From Octopus vulgaris (Eukaryota), in contig OX597814.1 in NCBI GenBank assembly GCA_951406725.2, forward strand, positions 123,876,001 through 123,940,000: a stretch of DNA of 64,000 bases, written 5' to 3'. Shown piece after piece: positions 1 to 13,284 of the stretch. The notes beneath the pieces were generated by a model. It saw only the letters and a list, made by a program, of their open reading frames with translations. It ran no database searches and had not been told where the DNA came from. Within the stretch, counting starts at the first letter, position 1. Every line of letters starts with the position of its first letter. The translations under genes and the position numbers were made by a program.

Positions 1-3000
1 CTTATAAAAAAATTATGAAATCCGAGGAAAAAACCTTACATTGAATAAAATACATATTGACGTTAATGAAGAAAGTATAAATTAATTCATAGAAATTAAA
101 CCTGTTATAAATATTACACTGCAATACATATTTTTATTAAAATGTACATATATATATCAACATACACAAAAGGATGCGCGCAAACGCCATACATATACAG
201 ACGTATGAATATAAATCTAAATATACACATAAATGCATGTGTACATATATTCACGCAAACCATCTCGCACGCAAGTTAAAAATGATCTATGTAGCGATTC
301 TCATATACTGAGTAAGGGGGGGGGAACGAAAGAAAAAAGAGAGAGAAAAAGGAACGAAGGAGGGGTGGGGAAAAAAACGAAATAAGAAAAAATTATGTAT
401 ACAAGCTGTGTAATGGCATTATTGGCATATATGGAGACAAGTATACATACACAAGTTCGAATGGATACATATACATACAGTCGTGTATATGTGTGCTTAA
501 GCACAAACATACTCTCACTTACACATACACAGATACGCATGCTTACAAATACATATGCTTTGCTATACACATACTTATATCAACATTCTAATTTTGACAA
601 CATTGCTTTTTTTAAAAAAAACATTGCTTTTAAAAAAAAAGAATGGGTGCATTAATAAAAAATATATACGAAAGACATATAAAATAAAATATAACATCCT
701 ATTTTGGATCATTTATAAATAATCAAGGTAATATAAATAATCAAGGTAATCCTATACAATACAATAACATGAAAACAAAGTTGAAGGTTTTTTGATGTAT
801 ATGTAGAAACATAAGACTTTGCTATACGGATTAAGATCCGCATAGCTTGGAAACAAAATCCATCGTAGCGCTCATCGTTCAGAGTCAAAATCAAAAGTCA
901 AAATCAAAAATACAAAATATATACTCTATCCATATGGTATATTTATATTCGACATTTTAAATTTAGCCGCGTGCCTACATAAGTTCATTAGCTCACTTCT
1001 TTGATTCGATGTACCGATGGGGGCATACGACGGGGCTGAGTTATGTATGCTCATAGGAGCCTTTATTCTCCATAATCTAAAAATAGAATTCCCATTTATA
1101 GATGCTGGTTTATATAGGGATGACGGCCTTATAGCCACGCATAATCTAAACGGCCATGAATCAGATAGACTTAGGAAGGACCTCATAGCTTTCTTTCAAA
1201 GGATGGGCTTATGGGTTACGATAGATGCTAACCTGAATAGTGTAGATTTTTTAGACGTAAATTTTAATGTAAGATCGGATCGATTTAAACCTTTCCGTAA
1301 GCCCAATGAAAAGCTATCGTATATTAGCAAAGGTTCGAACCATCCACCAGTTATTCGTAGGAACTTAGTCAGCAATGTAGGTAGAAGAATATCTTCAATT
1401 TCTTCGGACGAGGCAGCATTCCATAATGCTGCACCTTATTACGATAGCGCATTAAAGAATAGTGGATTCTCTGAGGAGATCCAGTTCAACCAGCTTAATG
1501 CTGATAATAATGCTGCATGAAGAACTAGGACCAGGAAAGTTTTGTGGTTCAACCCGGCTTTCAATTTGGCCGTAAAGACTAATATAGGTAAGGAATTTTT
1601 GAGATTAGTCTCTAAGCATTTTAAGCAGGGTCATAAATTCTATAGGATATTTAATAGAAGAACCCTGAAGGTTAGCTATTCTTGTTGCAGAAATTTCGCC
1701 TCTTACATTAGCCAACATAATAGGAAGCTAATTGAGATTAGACATGGTGCCGAGCCCATTAAGAAATGCAATTTCAAAAACGAAAGCTCCTGTCCGTTAG
1801 AAGGGAAATGTCTAGTGAAAGGAGTAGTTTATAGAGCCAAGGTGCAAGTGGAAGGCTCATCAGAATACAAGACATACACAGGGGCTTCAGAAAATTCATT
1901 TAAAACAAGATTTTATTCTCATAAAAATTCATTTAAATACCCAGAGAATAGGAAGAAACCAGCCTAGCAAAATATGTCTGGGAACTAAAAGAAAAGGAAG
2001 CCCCACCTTTCAACGTGACATGGAGCATTCTGGACAGGGCGGCACCATACAGGCATGGAGCATACAAAAATAATTTCAAGTGCAAACTTTGTCTATTAGA
2101 AAAAATGTACATCTTATTCAAAGACAATAATTCTTTGAATCAAAGAAGTGAGCTAATGAACTTATGTAGGCACGCGGCTAAATTTAAAATGTCGAATATA
2201 AATATACCATATGGATAGAGTATATATTTTGTATTTTTGATTTTTGAAATTTTGATTTTGACTCTTGAACGATGAGCGCTACGATGGATTTTGTTTCCAA
2301 GCTATGCGGATCTTAATCCGTATAGCAAAGTCTTATGTTTCTACATATACATCAGGAAAAACCTCTTCAACTTTGTTTTCATGTTATTGTATTGTATAGG
2401 ATTACCTTGATTATTTATATTACCTTGATTATTTATAAATGATCCAAAATAGGTGTTATATTTTATTTTATATGTCTTTCGTATATATTTTTATTAATGC
2501 ACCCATTCTTTTAAAAAAGCAATGTTTTTTTAAAAAAAAGCAATGTTGTCAAAATTAGAATGTTGATATAAGTATGTGTATAGCAAAGCATATGTATTTG
2601 TAAGCATGCGTATCTGTGTATGTGTAAGTGAGAGTATGTTTGTGCTTAAGCACACATATACACGACTGTATGTATATGTATCCATTCGAACTTGTGTTTA
2701 TACTTGTCTCCATATATGCCAATAATGCCGTTACACAGCTTGTATACATAATTTTTTCTTATTTCGTTTTTTTCCCCACACCTCCTTCGTTCCTTTTTCT
2801 CTCTCTTCTTTTCTTTCGTTCCCCCCCTCCTTACTCAGTATATGAGAATCGCTACATAGATCATTTTTAACTTGCGTGCGAGATGGTTTGCGTGAATATA
2901 TGTACACATGCATTTATGTGTATATTTAGATTTATATTCATACGTCTGTATATGTATGGCGTTTGCGCGCATCCTTTTGTGTATGTTGATATATATATGT

Positions 3001-3145
3001 ACATTTTAATATAAATATGTATTGCAGTGTAATATTTATAACAGGTTTAATTTCTATGAATTAATTTATACTTTCTTCATTAACGTCAATATGTATTTTA
3101 TTCAATGTAAGGTTTTTTCCTTGGATTTTATAATTTTTTTATAAG
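1..3145. repeat. Long inverted repeat: 1-1007 is the reverse complement of 2137-3145 (inverted pseudo-LTR); left arm is cut by the window edge
   Basis: Near-identical arms with few indels. Junction at ...ttgattc(1007)|gatgtacc, matching gaatcaa at 2137. Confidence 0.97.
1008..2218 (+). pseudogene. Penelope-like element (Naiad-type) pol: 5'-truncated RT, linker and C-terminal GIY-YIG endonuclease; one in-frame TGA (1518-1520) and one frameshift (~1955-1960)
   Basis: Motifs DVPMGAYDGAELC, GLYRDDGL, VDFLDV, YISKGSNHPP, RKVLWFNPAF, IFNRRTLKVSYSC, C..CPLEGKCL, VVYRAKV..YTGASENSFKTRFYSH, SLAKYVWELK, CKLCLLEK, LNQRSELMNLCRH. ORFs 1017-1520 and 1542-1967 are in the same frame. Confidence 0.92.
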
Positions 3146-3303
3146 ATTTTTTATATATATATACATATATTTTTTGACCTTTTTGTTTATCTCTCGAAGA
3201 TTGACCGTTTTTTTCTAAAGGGCCAATCAAACAAGTCCATTTCTTTTTAAAGGTGTAGCGTTTGTAAGAGTCTAGATTGAATTGATATATCGGTTCCATT
3301 CTA

Positions 3304-3355
3304 GCAAAAACTGTCTGATGAACGGCAACGAGAAACTCAGAGTAACAGATTTTGT
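3304..3355 (+). ncRNA. Type I hammerhead ribozyme motif in the 3' pLTR of the Penelope-like element
   Basis: ctgt-CTGATGA(3315-3321)-acggcaacga-GAAA-ctcagag-TA-acag. Stem I extends (caaaaactgt/acagattttg) and stem III is ACTC/GAGT. Stem II closing pair is mismatched. Confidence 0.8.
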
Positions 3356-3462
3356 TGAATTTTCTGCTGCTTAAAATAAAGCATATTACTCTACCACTGG
3401 TATTTGAGTACTTTTTTCCACCTTGTTTCACATTTATGTGTTTACTCCGGTATATATATATA

Positions 3463-3703
3463 CAGGGCTGGGCAAAAAATCACCCGACAGTAAATCGAAA
3501 TTCCATAAATATTAAATATTCAATTTTATTTATTCATTCCAATTATGAATGTTTAATAATTGAATGCTGTAAGTTGAAATCATTAATCCTTTATTCAATA
3601 TTTGTCTATTTATTAGTGAAGTCTCATATAAAATAACTTTTTATTTTTATTTTAGAATTAAATGGATTTTGATTTACTGTGAGGTGATTTTTGACCAACC
3701 CTG
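3463..3703. mobile_element. Tc1/mariner-type MITE
   Basis: About 45-bp imperfect TIRs CAGGGCTGGGCAAAAAATCACC.../...GGTGATTTTTGACCAACCCTG, flanked by TA. Confidence 0.85.
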
Positions 3704-3720
3704 TAAATATATATATATAT

Positions 3721-4139
3721 ACTCTTTTACTCTTTTATTTATCTCAGTCATTTGACTGTGGCCATGTTGGAGCACCGCATTTAGTTGAGCTAATTGACCC
3801 CAGGACTTATTCTTTGTAAGCCTAGTACTTATTCTGTCGTTCTCTTTTGCTGAACCGCTAAGTTATGGGGACGTAAACACACCAGCATCGGTTGTCAAGC
3901 AATGTTGGGGGGGGGGGGGACAAACACAGACACACAAACATATACACACATGCACACATACATATATACATATATACGACAGGCTTCTTTCAGTTTCTGT
4001 CTACCAAATCCACTCACAAGGCTTTGGTCGGCCCAAGGCTATAGTAGAAGCCACTTGCCCAAGGTATCACACAGTGGGACTGAACCCAGAACCATGTGGT
4101 TGGTAAGCAAGCTACTTACCACACAGCCACTCCTACACC

Positions 4140-4140
<1 letters not shown>
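3721..4140 (-). mobile_element. tRNA-derived SINE family A (head, TA/CA linker, body, AAAAGAGT tail)
   Basis: Pol III-like A box (TGGCTGTGTGGT) and B box (GGTTCAGTCCC) on the minus strand; many copies in the window. Confidence 0.85.
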
Positions 4141-4189
<49 letters not shown>

Positions 4190-4359
4190 TATATTTATAT
4201 AACAGACTCCTTTCAGTTTCCCTCTACCAAATCTGCTCACAAGGCTTTGGTCATCCCAAGACTACAGCAGAAAACTTTTGCCCAAAGTGCCACACCATGG
4301 GATTGAACCTGGAACCATGTGGTTGGGGAGTAAATTTTTTACCACACATATATAACTCA

Positions 4360-5720
4360 AATTATTGGTAGCTGCTTTTTATACCTCTAGGCTGGCCTTC
4401 ATTATGTAGGTAATTGATTCGCATATAACTTGACCCGCCTTAACTGCCCAGTTACAATACAAGACAGCACAACCTTCTTCTTTTACGCCAATGAAATGGA
4501 CAAACCTCATTTTCAACATCAAATCATTTGTGGTGATACTTGTCCTGATTGCTTCTTCTGTTCCACTAACAAAATCCCTATCTAATCTATTGATCTCTGT
4601 CACTACTTCATTAATTCACTCAATTGATTCCTCTGTAATGGCCCTCATCAGTGAGACTGCCCTTTTGATGATTGCTTTCATCAACTCCTGCTTAACTAGT
4701 TTGCTGTTAGTCTCGCTGAAGGCCTTCACATCATAGCTTCACTGTCAATCTGGGGTGGGATACATACTTTTTTGCTGAAAGGTAAGTCTGTTGGGTAGAT
4801 CCTCGTCATGTCATAAGATTTGTTGTTAGGGTTATAGAAGACAGAGTGTAGGGTGTTATTATCGTTGTGGATGTTGTCCAGCATTAATTTGTCCAAGTGT
4901 TTGAGTGTGATGGCCAATCAGAAACTGGACTTTAATTTCTATGTCAACAACCTGTGGTATCTCTCATCTGTCCAACTTGACTCTGGTTTGCTTATCAATC
5001 CCTCAAATGCTGCTTTCATATATCATTGGATACCAGTCAGATATCTCAGCCAGAAGTTATGGACATTGCTTATCCTAGAAACTTTCTTGTTGCTTGCAGT
5101 TCTGTTGGTGAGCTCTTTGATGGCTACAGTGGACCATACTTGTACTGCTATTAGATTTTCATATTTCTGCTTCCTTTCTGCTCCATTATATATATTTTTT
5201 TATCATGTTTAGTGGTATTGTTCTATATTCCATCTCAGAAAGCTTAAGTTACAGTTGATATTAGTTATGTTCCTTTTTTTTTTTTAATGTGTCTATGAAA
5301 TCTTTTGACATAGTTTAAAATACCTTGTATTCCCGGAAGTAGAATTCACACTTTTCAGAAGTATTTTATATTGTATGCTTTTGCTGACATGATTTTTATT
5401 TATTGATGGTGTATTTGAATCTTTCTCGCATTAAATCTCTTCTTTTACATTTTACTTAGTAATGATAGGTCTTTCTATGCATTCTTTCAGTTTTATGTGG
5501 TATATTTTTTCGTACTTTTTGGGAGTGGGATTTATCGGAGAGTGTGAATCTATTAAAAAATCAAAAGAGAAGATCCCCAAGATGTTAGTGTTCTTCAACA
5601 CCAAATGTCTGAAAACTGTTTAATGGGGCATTTGGTTACACTCAAACACAATTTGATAAATGGTTGCGTGATGAGGCCATGGACTGCTCTAACACAAACT
5701 AGCTTGAGAAGTTTCCTTGT
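4360..5720 (-). other. Unclassified decayed coding-like sequence, probably a retroelement ORF remnant
   Basis: A/purine-rich minus strand with broken ORFs (4379-4603, 4726-4917) and no diagnostic motif recognised. Confidence 0.3.
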
Positions 5721-5795
5721 TTTATTCCTTTTTATTTCATAAATTTATTTCTGTGAGCATATGTGTATATATGTGAATGTGCATAAGTGCACATA

Positions 5796-5852
<57 letters not shown>

Positions 5853-5859
<7 letters not shown>

Positions 5860-6005
5860 GAGAATTCACAAAAAAAAACAAACAAAAGACGAAGACAGGT
5901 GGTGTAGATAACAAACGCTCGGGAAGTGGAAAAGTCTTTAACATTTCAAGAAAGGAACACAGGAAGAAACAAGGAGAGAAAATAAAGAATGTGTAGTGGC
6001 TAGCG
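5853..6005 (-). mobile_element. Penelope-like tail family T1 (internally deleted copy) abutting (TA)n
   Basis: Homologous to 41425-41578 and 57764-57936; the HHR-like core is deleted in this copy. Confidence 0.7.
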
Positions 6006-6631
6006 ATACACACACACACACACATACATAACGTATATAACTGTTTTGGTAGAGTTTATTTTTTTAATGGAGTAATAAAAGATAACATCACAATATATGA
6101 TTCACCATAATCAGGTAAAATTTTAAACAGGTAAGACCTGGACATAGTCAACATTTGTTGAACTAGTGACTCGAGCTTTACGTTTGAATATATAGGATAA
6201 TTAGAAGGTCTGGCTTAAAACAGGCAAAATAAGAAGCAGAGATATCATATATCTTACAATCTAAATTCACTTATGTAAATGAGTTTATCATTCAACAATG
6301 ACAGTTGAAAATCTGGAAACCAGTTGATGTAGTGCTGCCATGGGTTGTAAGAAAATCATCAAAACCTTAGCAGATATATTCATAGTTAAATGAGACATGT
6401 CATGAAGTTCACTGACCACAGACATCAAACATCAAACAGTCATCAAGTCTCCTTATCCCTATGTATGTACAATAGATGCACACACACACACACACACACA
6501 CATGCATACATATATCTGTATACACATGGTCACACATAGTATCTGACCATTTCAGATGTCGTATGAGTTGATGTCCCTACACACACACACACACACACAG
6601 ATATGTATGTAAATTTGCACACACACATATA

Positions 6632-6846
6632 TACTCTTTTACCCTTTTACTCTTTTACTTGTTTCAGTCATTTGACTGTGGCCATACTGGAGTACCACCT
6701 TTAGTCAACCCGAGGACTTATTCTTTGGAAGCTTAGTACTTATTCTATTAGTCTCTTTTGCTAAACTGCTAAGTTACGGAGACGTAAACACACCACCATT
6801 GGTTGTCAAGTGATGTTGGGGGACAAACTCTGACACACAAACATAT

Positions 6847-6904
<58 letters not shown>

Positions 6905-7066
6905 GTTTATACAACGGGCTTCTTTCAGTTTCCGTCTACCAAATCCACTCTCAAGGCTTTTGTCGGCCTGAGGCTATAGTAGAAGACACTTGCCCAAGGT
7001 GCCATGCAGTGGGAATGAACCCAGAACCATGTGGTTGGTAAGCAAGCTACTTACCACACAGCCACT
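6632..7066 (-). mobile_element. SINE family A
   Basis: Same head, linker, body and tail as 3721-4140. Confidence 0.85.
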
Positions 7067-7278
7067 TTGCATATGTGTGTGTGTGTGTTCACATGTGAGT
7101 ACCTTTAAAATTTCTCAATGAATCTTTTCAAATAATGTATTATGGCTCATACACCCCCACCTACCATAATTTGTAAATGTGTCTTTTTACACTCACATTA
7201 TCCCCTTTCATTGTAACCGGTAGTGAAAGTTTCATATTTTTTGTATCATTTCAAACACTTGAGGCAAAGAAAAAATGC

Positions 7279-7342
<64 letters not shown>

Positions 7343-7449
7343 CACCACCACCACCACCACCACCACCACCACCACCACTACTACTACTAAGTTCATGTTA
7401 ATTTAATTAGCTGGAATATTATCTTGAAGTTGGGTGACAATCAGTTTCC

Positions 7450-8075
7450 TCAAATCTCAGGATTCTTTCTTAGGTTTCTTGCAGAATATAAGATGGTATT
7501 TTTCTGCAGGTCGACTATGTAAGTCACAATTCCAGTATCTTTCAGTTTCTTGGGTAGTATTTTGGGTGTTGTGCCTAGGGCACCAGTTACCACAGGAATA
7601 ATTATTGTTTTAGTCTTCCATAGTTTCCTCAGCTCATTTTTGAGATCCTGATATTTCTTAATTTTTTTCAATTTCTTTGGTTGCAAAGGGAATTGCAAAA
7701 TCTATGATCTTACACTGTTTGCTTATTTTGCCCTCTATATTCATATTCTTTTTTCTTGCTTCAATAGTATGATCAGTCTTTATGGGAAAGACCCATAAGA
7801 TCATATAATTTTTATTCTCTGTCACATCCTCTGGTTCATGTTCATACTGCTTCCCTGTTATTTTGAAAGTAGACATTCAGCTAACACCCCAATACACTCT
7901 TTTACCAACACATTCATGCTTGTGCTTATACTCTTTTTGTGATAGCTTACTACACTCACTCAAGAAATGATTGATACTTTTGTCTCCTTCCCTGTAGATT
8001 CTACTTATTTTAGCCACTGACTGAGTGGCTATAATAAGTGCTTCAGTCTCTTTAGTGGCTGATAGTATTCTTTCT
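7450..8075 (-). mobile_element. R4/Dong-like non-LTR retrotransposon remnant (restriction-like endonuclease C-terminus)
   Basis: CSKLSQKEYKHKH, ILW.FPIKTDH, IIDFAIP, KYQDLKNEL..LWK, IIPVVTGALG; frameshifted. Confidence 0.8.
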
Positions 8076-8529
8076 TCACTTTGCAAAACATAATTATTAT
8101 TACATCATTTACATTTGATTCCAGGCAGTGACCTGAATAATAAAAATAATAATAGTGATAATAATAATAATAATAGTAATAATAACAACATCGAAAATGT
8201 TGTGTTAACAACAAACAAGATGAGGACAAATATCTGCCAATTGTAAATAATGTACATAATTCTTCTCTTAAATATAGAACTATAATCATTATTACTATTA
8301 TTATTTGATTATCATTATTTCCATTTTATTTCTGAGAGCTCTTGATTTCACTTGCTCTGGCTAATTCTGTAAGAGTAGACAATAATCTGTTATAAAGACT
8401 CTCACGGGTCTCTTTCTTTGATACTTAACATCCAAGTACCATTCTCAAAATCCTCGCTGTCCCCAATAAAGCAGTTTTTAGAGCATGTTCTATCCTTAAA
8501 TCAATCTCAGTTTCTCCAACAATGTTTTA

Positions 8530-8856
8530 GATAAACAACATATGACCTTGCAGGTGGGACCCAGTTAGAATTTTCTTCTGGTCGAGTAGCCTATCCTGCT
8601 CAAAAGGTCCGTGAATAAGGGTTGTTTAAAGATGTTGAACGAACCACCCATGTTTCCAAAGGTGAATTATCCAAACCTCTAAAGATTCCCTTCAACACAA
8701 AACTATGATGCTCCCCAACTACTTCTGTTCATGATCAGAGATGCACATATTGTCAGCCACTAAGGGACATGCTTAACTGGTTATGGTCAAACAACTGACA
8801 AGTAAATCTGTGGTATTGAGCAGAATATTTGCTGTAGTCCATCTTTTATACCAAGA

Positions 8857-8858
<2 letters not shown>
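8530..8858 (-). mobile_element. LINE 3'-end-like repeat associated with (TAA)n
   Basis: Homologous to 23455-23912. Confidence 0.65.
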
Positions 8859-8910
<52 letters not shown>

Positions 8911-11859
8911 GATCATCATCATCATCATCATTATTATTATCATTAATATCATCATCATTATCATAACAGTTACATGCTATATCAATTAGTAGCAATGTTG
9001 TCTTGAAAGCTGGTGACAAGCTTCCCCCCCAAAAAAAATTTCAAGAGCATTTCTTAGGATTCTTGCTGAGCACAGAATAGCACTTTCCCCCGGGTTGACA
9101 ATGCATGTCTCAACCAACCCCAGTATCTTTCAGTCTTCTAGGCAGTGGTTTAGGTTTGTGCCAAGAGCACCATTTACCACAAGAATAATTGTTGTTTTGG
9201 CCTTCCACAATCTCTTCATTTCTTTGGCTAAGCCCCGATATTTCTCAATTTCTTTGGTTTTCATTCTATTATCCATGGCATTGCAAAGTCTGTGATCTTA
9301 CAATGTTTGTTTCTTTTTGTTCTCTTTGTTGTTGTTATAATTATTATCATTTTTGTTGTTTTTTTGTTGTTGTTGTAATTGTTATTGCCATTACATTGTT
9401 GTTGTTGTTGCTGTTATTATATTAATTATTATTACTCCAGATAATGTGTATGTTTTATGGCATTTAAGTTTCAAAATAAATGAAAGCTTTCAACTTGTCT
9501 GGTTTCTCTTAGAATGAAAATGTATTTCCTCCACATTGCTCCTTATCAAGAATTTTTCCATTCTCTGTATAAAATAAATTGAATTCTATTTATAATTAAT
9601 TGCAAGTATTTCTTCCTTTTTAAACGTGAAAGCATCTTTATTAAAATATTTATCTTTTCAAGCTAAGAGCAGTTAGAAAGAGATTCTGTCAGGATTCTGT
9701 ATTAGATTTATCTGTCAATAATCTTTACAGGAATGTTATAAATCACTCACAGCTTAGGTACATGTTGAAATTTGCAACATCTATATCACTACATTAATAA
9801 AGAAATGTCTTTTAATAAGGTCTCTTCTTTATCAGTATTAGAATCAAATGATGCTGCTTGTTGCTTACGACCTCTTGTATTGTCTATGAATAATTTTCTA
9901 GCAGATAATCTAAAACACAGTTCCAACTTCATTATTGATTCATGAATTTTTTTTTGTTGTGTTTTGGTTTGGTCTTTTCTGTTTTCTATTGTCTTTCTTT
10001 GCTGTAACATCTTTATTTAATGGGTGGTGGTGGTGTTGGTGGAAATTCAATGGGGGTGGAGTGGGAGGTTTAAGAAGGATAAGTCATTGATTTTATGTAA
10101 ATTAGATGTTGCTTGACTATATTTGAGAAGTAAAATATTTTGTCGTCATTTTTTAATTTGTTTTTTTTTTGTGTGTCTGATCGGTCAGTTTGGTTTAAGA
10201 GCTGCAAAAGTGAACATGAACAAAGAGAGAAGAAATATCCTCATTGTCGTTGTCATTATTGGCGTCATCATTGCAATTGTCATTGTTGTCATCATCATCA
10301 TAACCATCGTTGTCCTCCTCCTCTCCTCTTTACCATCATCATCATCATCATTATCCTCCTCAAAACTAACACCACCACCACCATCATCATCATTATCCTC
10401 CTCAAAACTAACACCACCACCACCATCAACATCATTATCAAAAATATCAACACTAACATCAGCAGTAACAACATTAGCACCAACAATATCAATTGCAACA
10501 ACATCAACAGAAAAAATGACATCGATATCAACAACAAGAAAAACATTGAGGGTTGCATGGCCTAGTGGTTAAGGTGTTCAACTTATGATCTTATGACAGT
10601 GAGTTCAATCCCCAGACCAGGTGTTACATCGTGTCCTTAAACAAAATACTTCATTTCATAATGAGCACCAGCCAGGGAGCTACTACATATCCACCCTCTC
10701 TCTCTCTCTCTCTCCCCTGCTGTTACATCCTGGATCAGACGTGATGAGGAGAAGTGGGTCAGAAGTGATGGGAGAGGCAAGAAACTGTTTACATCTGCTT
10801 ATGATTACATTGACACCAGAAAGAATTACTGAAAGCTTGCTACATGTTACTGAGTGTGAGACACTTTGGCACAGCTCTTTTGGCCCTGCCTATTTGGCAC
10901 CACTGAGTCTATGCTGACTTATTTGACATCAGCTGTTTTAATGTTTTCTCATTCTTTTCTCATTCTTTTTACGTGTGTGAGCATGTAGTAATGTTTGATT
11001 GAAAGCGTAATGTCTCTTTCTCTCCCTCTCTGTGTCATTATCATCATCATTGTTGTCGTCGTCATCATTGTCATCATGATCATCATCGTTATCATCATCA
11101 TTTGACGTCTGCTTTCTATGGTGGCATGAGTTTGACAGGAGTTGGTGAGCCAGAAAGCTGCCCCAGGCTCCCCACCATCTGATGTTGGTGTGTTTATGCC
11201 CCTACCCCTCGTAACTTAGTGGTTCAACAAAAAATAGTGATAGAATAAGTATTAGGTTTACAGAGAATGAGTCCTGGGGTTGACTTGTTTGACAATACAC
11301 AGTGCTCCAGCATGGCCGCAGTCAAATGACTGAAACAAGTAAAAGAAAAAAGAATAAAAGAATATTGTTCCTTTAGCTGTTTGGTGCACCAAAGTAGAAT
11401 ACAGAATCTTACTTTTTCTGATTAAACAATTGGTATTCCTAGAAAATATAATCACCACCACCACCACCACCACCATCATCGTCATCATCGTTCATCATCG
11501 TCATCGTCATCATCATCCTCATCATCATCGTCGTCGTCATCATCATCATCATCATCATCAGTATCATCATCAGATATTTGAAGAGTTGAGCAGACAAAGG
11601 AGCCTCTAGATCAGTGACTCTTAATCAGTGCACTGTGACACACAAGCACATTGCATCAATATCAAAGAGGTATCAAAGGGTGTCTCAAATTAAAAAAATA
11701 TATATATAATCCAAAGCTTCAGAAATGTCATTTTAATGTTTGAGCAACTTGAGACATATTTTATTCATTATTTTGTAATAAACAAATATTATTAGTAAAT
11801 TGAGATAAATGACAATTTCCTATATTTTTCTAGATTGTAAAATTTGAAAAAAGTGTTTC

Positions 11860-12425
11860 TTTTTTTTAACTCCTTGTGTAAAGTTTGCCAGCATTTTTAC
11901 TTCTTTATACATAGTGTGGCAGTAATACTTTCTATGCACCATGTGGCAGTAATTTTTAACTTTCTGTGGAAAGGGTGACAGTATTTTAAAAGTTTTACAC
12001 AAGGTGACAGTAATATTGACATTCTATACATTCTTAACCTTTTATGCAAAGTACAATGGCTATTTAGAATTTTTTTGATGCAAAGTGCACCAGTAATTCT
12101 TAACTATGCAGAATGTGCCATAAATTTTTAACTATCTATGCAGAATATGAGCATAAATTTTAACTTTCCTTGCAAAGTGTGCCTGTAATTTTCAACTTTC
12201 TATACAGAGAATGCCAGCAAATTATAATTTTCTATACAAAGTGTGACAGAAAGTTTTAACCTTGTATGTGAAGTGTGCCAGTAATTTTAAATTATGTAAT
12301 TTTAAACTGTGCAAAGTACACCAGTAATTCTTAACTTTCTGTGCCAAGTGCACTAATAAGTTTTGACATTTTATGTAAAGTGTGATTGTAATTTTTAACT
12401 TTCCATATAAAGAGTGCCAATAATC
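11860..12425. repeat. Degenerate ~32-bp minisatellite (GCAAAGTGTGCCAGTAATTTTTAACTTTCTAT)
   Basis: About 17 recurring imperfect units. Confidence 0.85.
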
Positions 12426-12770
12426 TTTTTATTTGATCTCTAGTGAATCACTGCTGTACATTGTTGTTGATATTACTGGAAATAGTAACCAAATTTCCCT
12501 TAAACCATTCATTGCCATCTTAAAATTGATTTTGAATTATATATAATAGCATTTTCTTGAAGGGACCAGAAGTTAATAGTTTAAGGAATTAAGATTGAGA
12601 AGATTTAAGGAATCTATTGTGTAAAAGACATGAAATGGGATTACGACTGACCACACAAGTGTATTTAAACAGGAAGCTTCTGGGTTGAGTCAGAATCTGA
12701 ATAAATATTGTCAAATACAATGTAAAGTAAAAGAGAAACAACTATTTGACTCTTTCCAATGAAATAACTA

Positions 12771-13284
12771 CTGTAAATCCTCGAGTATAATCCACATTTT
12801 TTCCCCCAAAATTTAAAGGTCAAAATCCCTATATATGAGGTTAAAAATGAAAAATATTTTCTAAGCAACGTTCGAGTCTCTATTTGCTGTCCGGCAATGT
12901 TTATTCAGATGCATTTTGTGATGTCAGGCACGAAAATACCTTAAGCTAAACCTGAAAGCAATGAATTTGTAAAAGAATCATCCATAACTTGCAGTAAGCA
13001 ACATTTATTAAAATAAAAGTATTCAGAACACAGAATAACATGTAACAAACACAATTTGCAAACATATTTACATTCCCATATAACAGTTAAGAACACCACC
13101 ATTATTGTATTATGCATGCACGAAAGTGTTTATTCGACTAGGTGCTGCTGGCTTAATTACGCACAACTCAAGTTAGAGAAGGGGTGCATATTATACACAA
13201 GGTTTAGGTTTTTCAGAGGTACACCCCACCTAAAAATCCCCTGCGTATTATACTCAAGGGCGGATTATACTCGAAGATTTATGG
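12771..13284. mobile_element. Tc1/mariner (pogo/Tc2-like) MITE
   Basis: TIRs CTGTAAATCCTCGAGTATAATCC / GGATTATACTCGAAGATTTATGG with TA on both sides. Confidence 0.85.

Noticed and set aside
926-1186. Minus-strand ORF ending in the PLE C-terminal peptide
   Set aside because: Chance read-through across the inversion junction: antisense RT fused to the inverted arm.
5660-5710. GTGATGA...AAACTAG possible hammerhead
   Set aside because: No 3:8 pair, no GAAA and no convincing stems.
10548-10660. tRNA-like A and B boxes
   Set aside because: SINE head without a complete cloverleaf; not a tRNA gene.
11860-12425. CRISPR-like periodicity
   Set aside because: No unique spacers, degenerate units, eukaryotic context and no cas genes.
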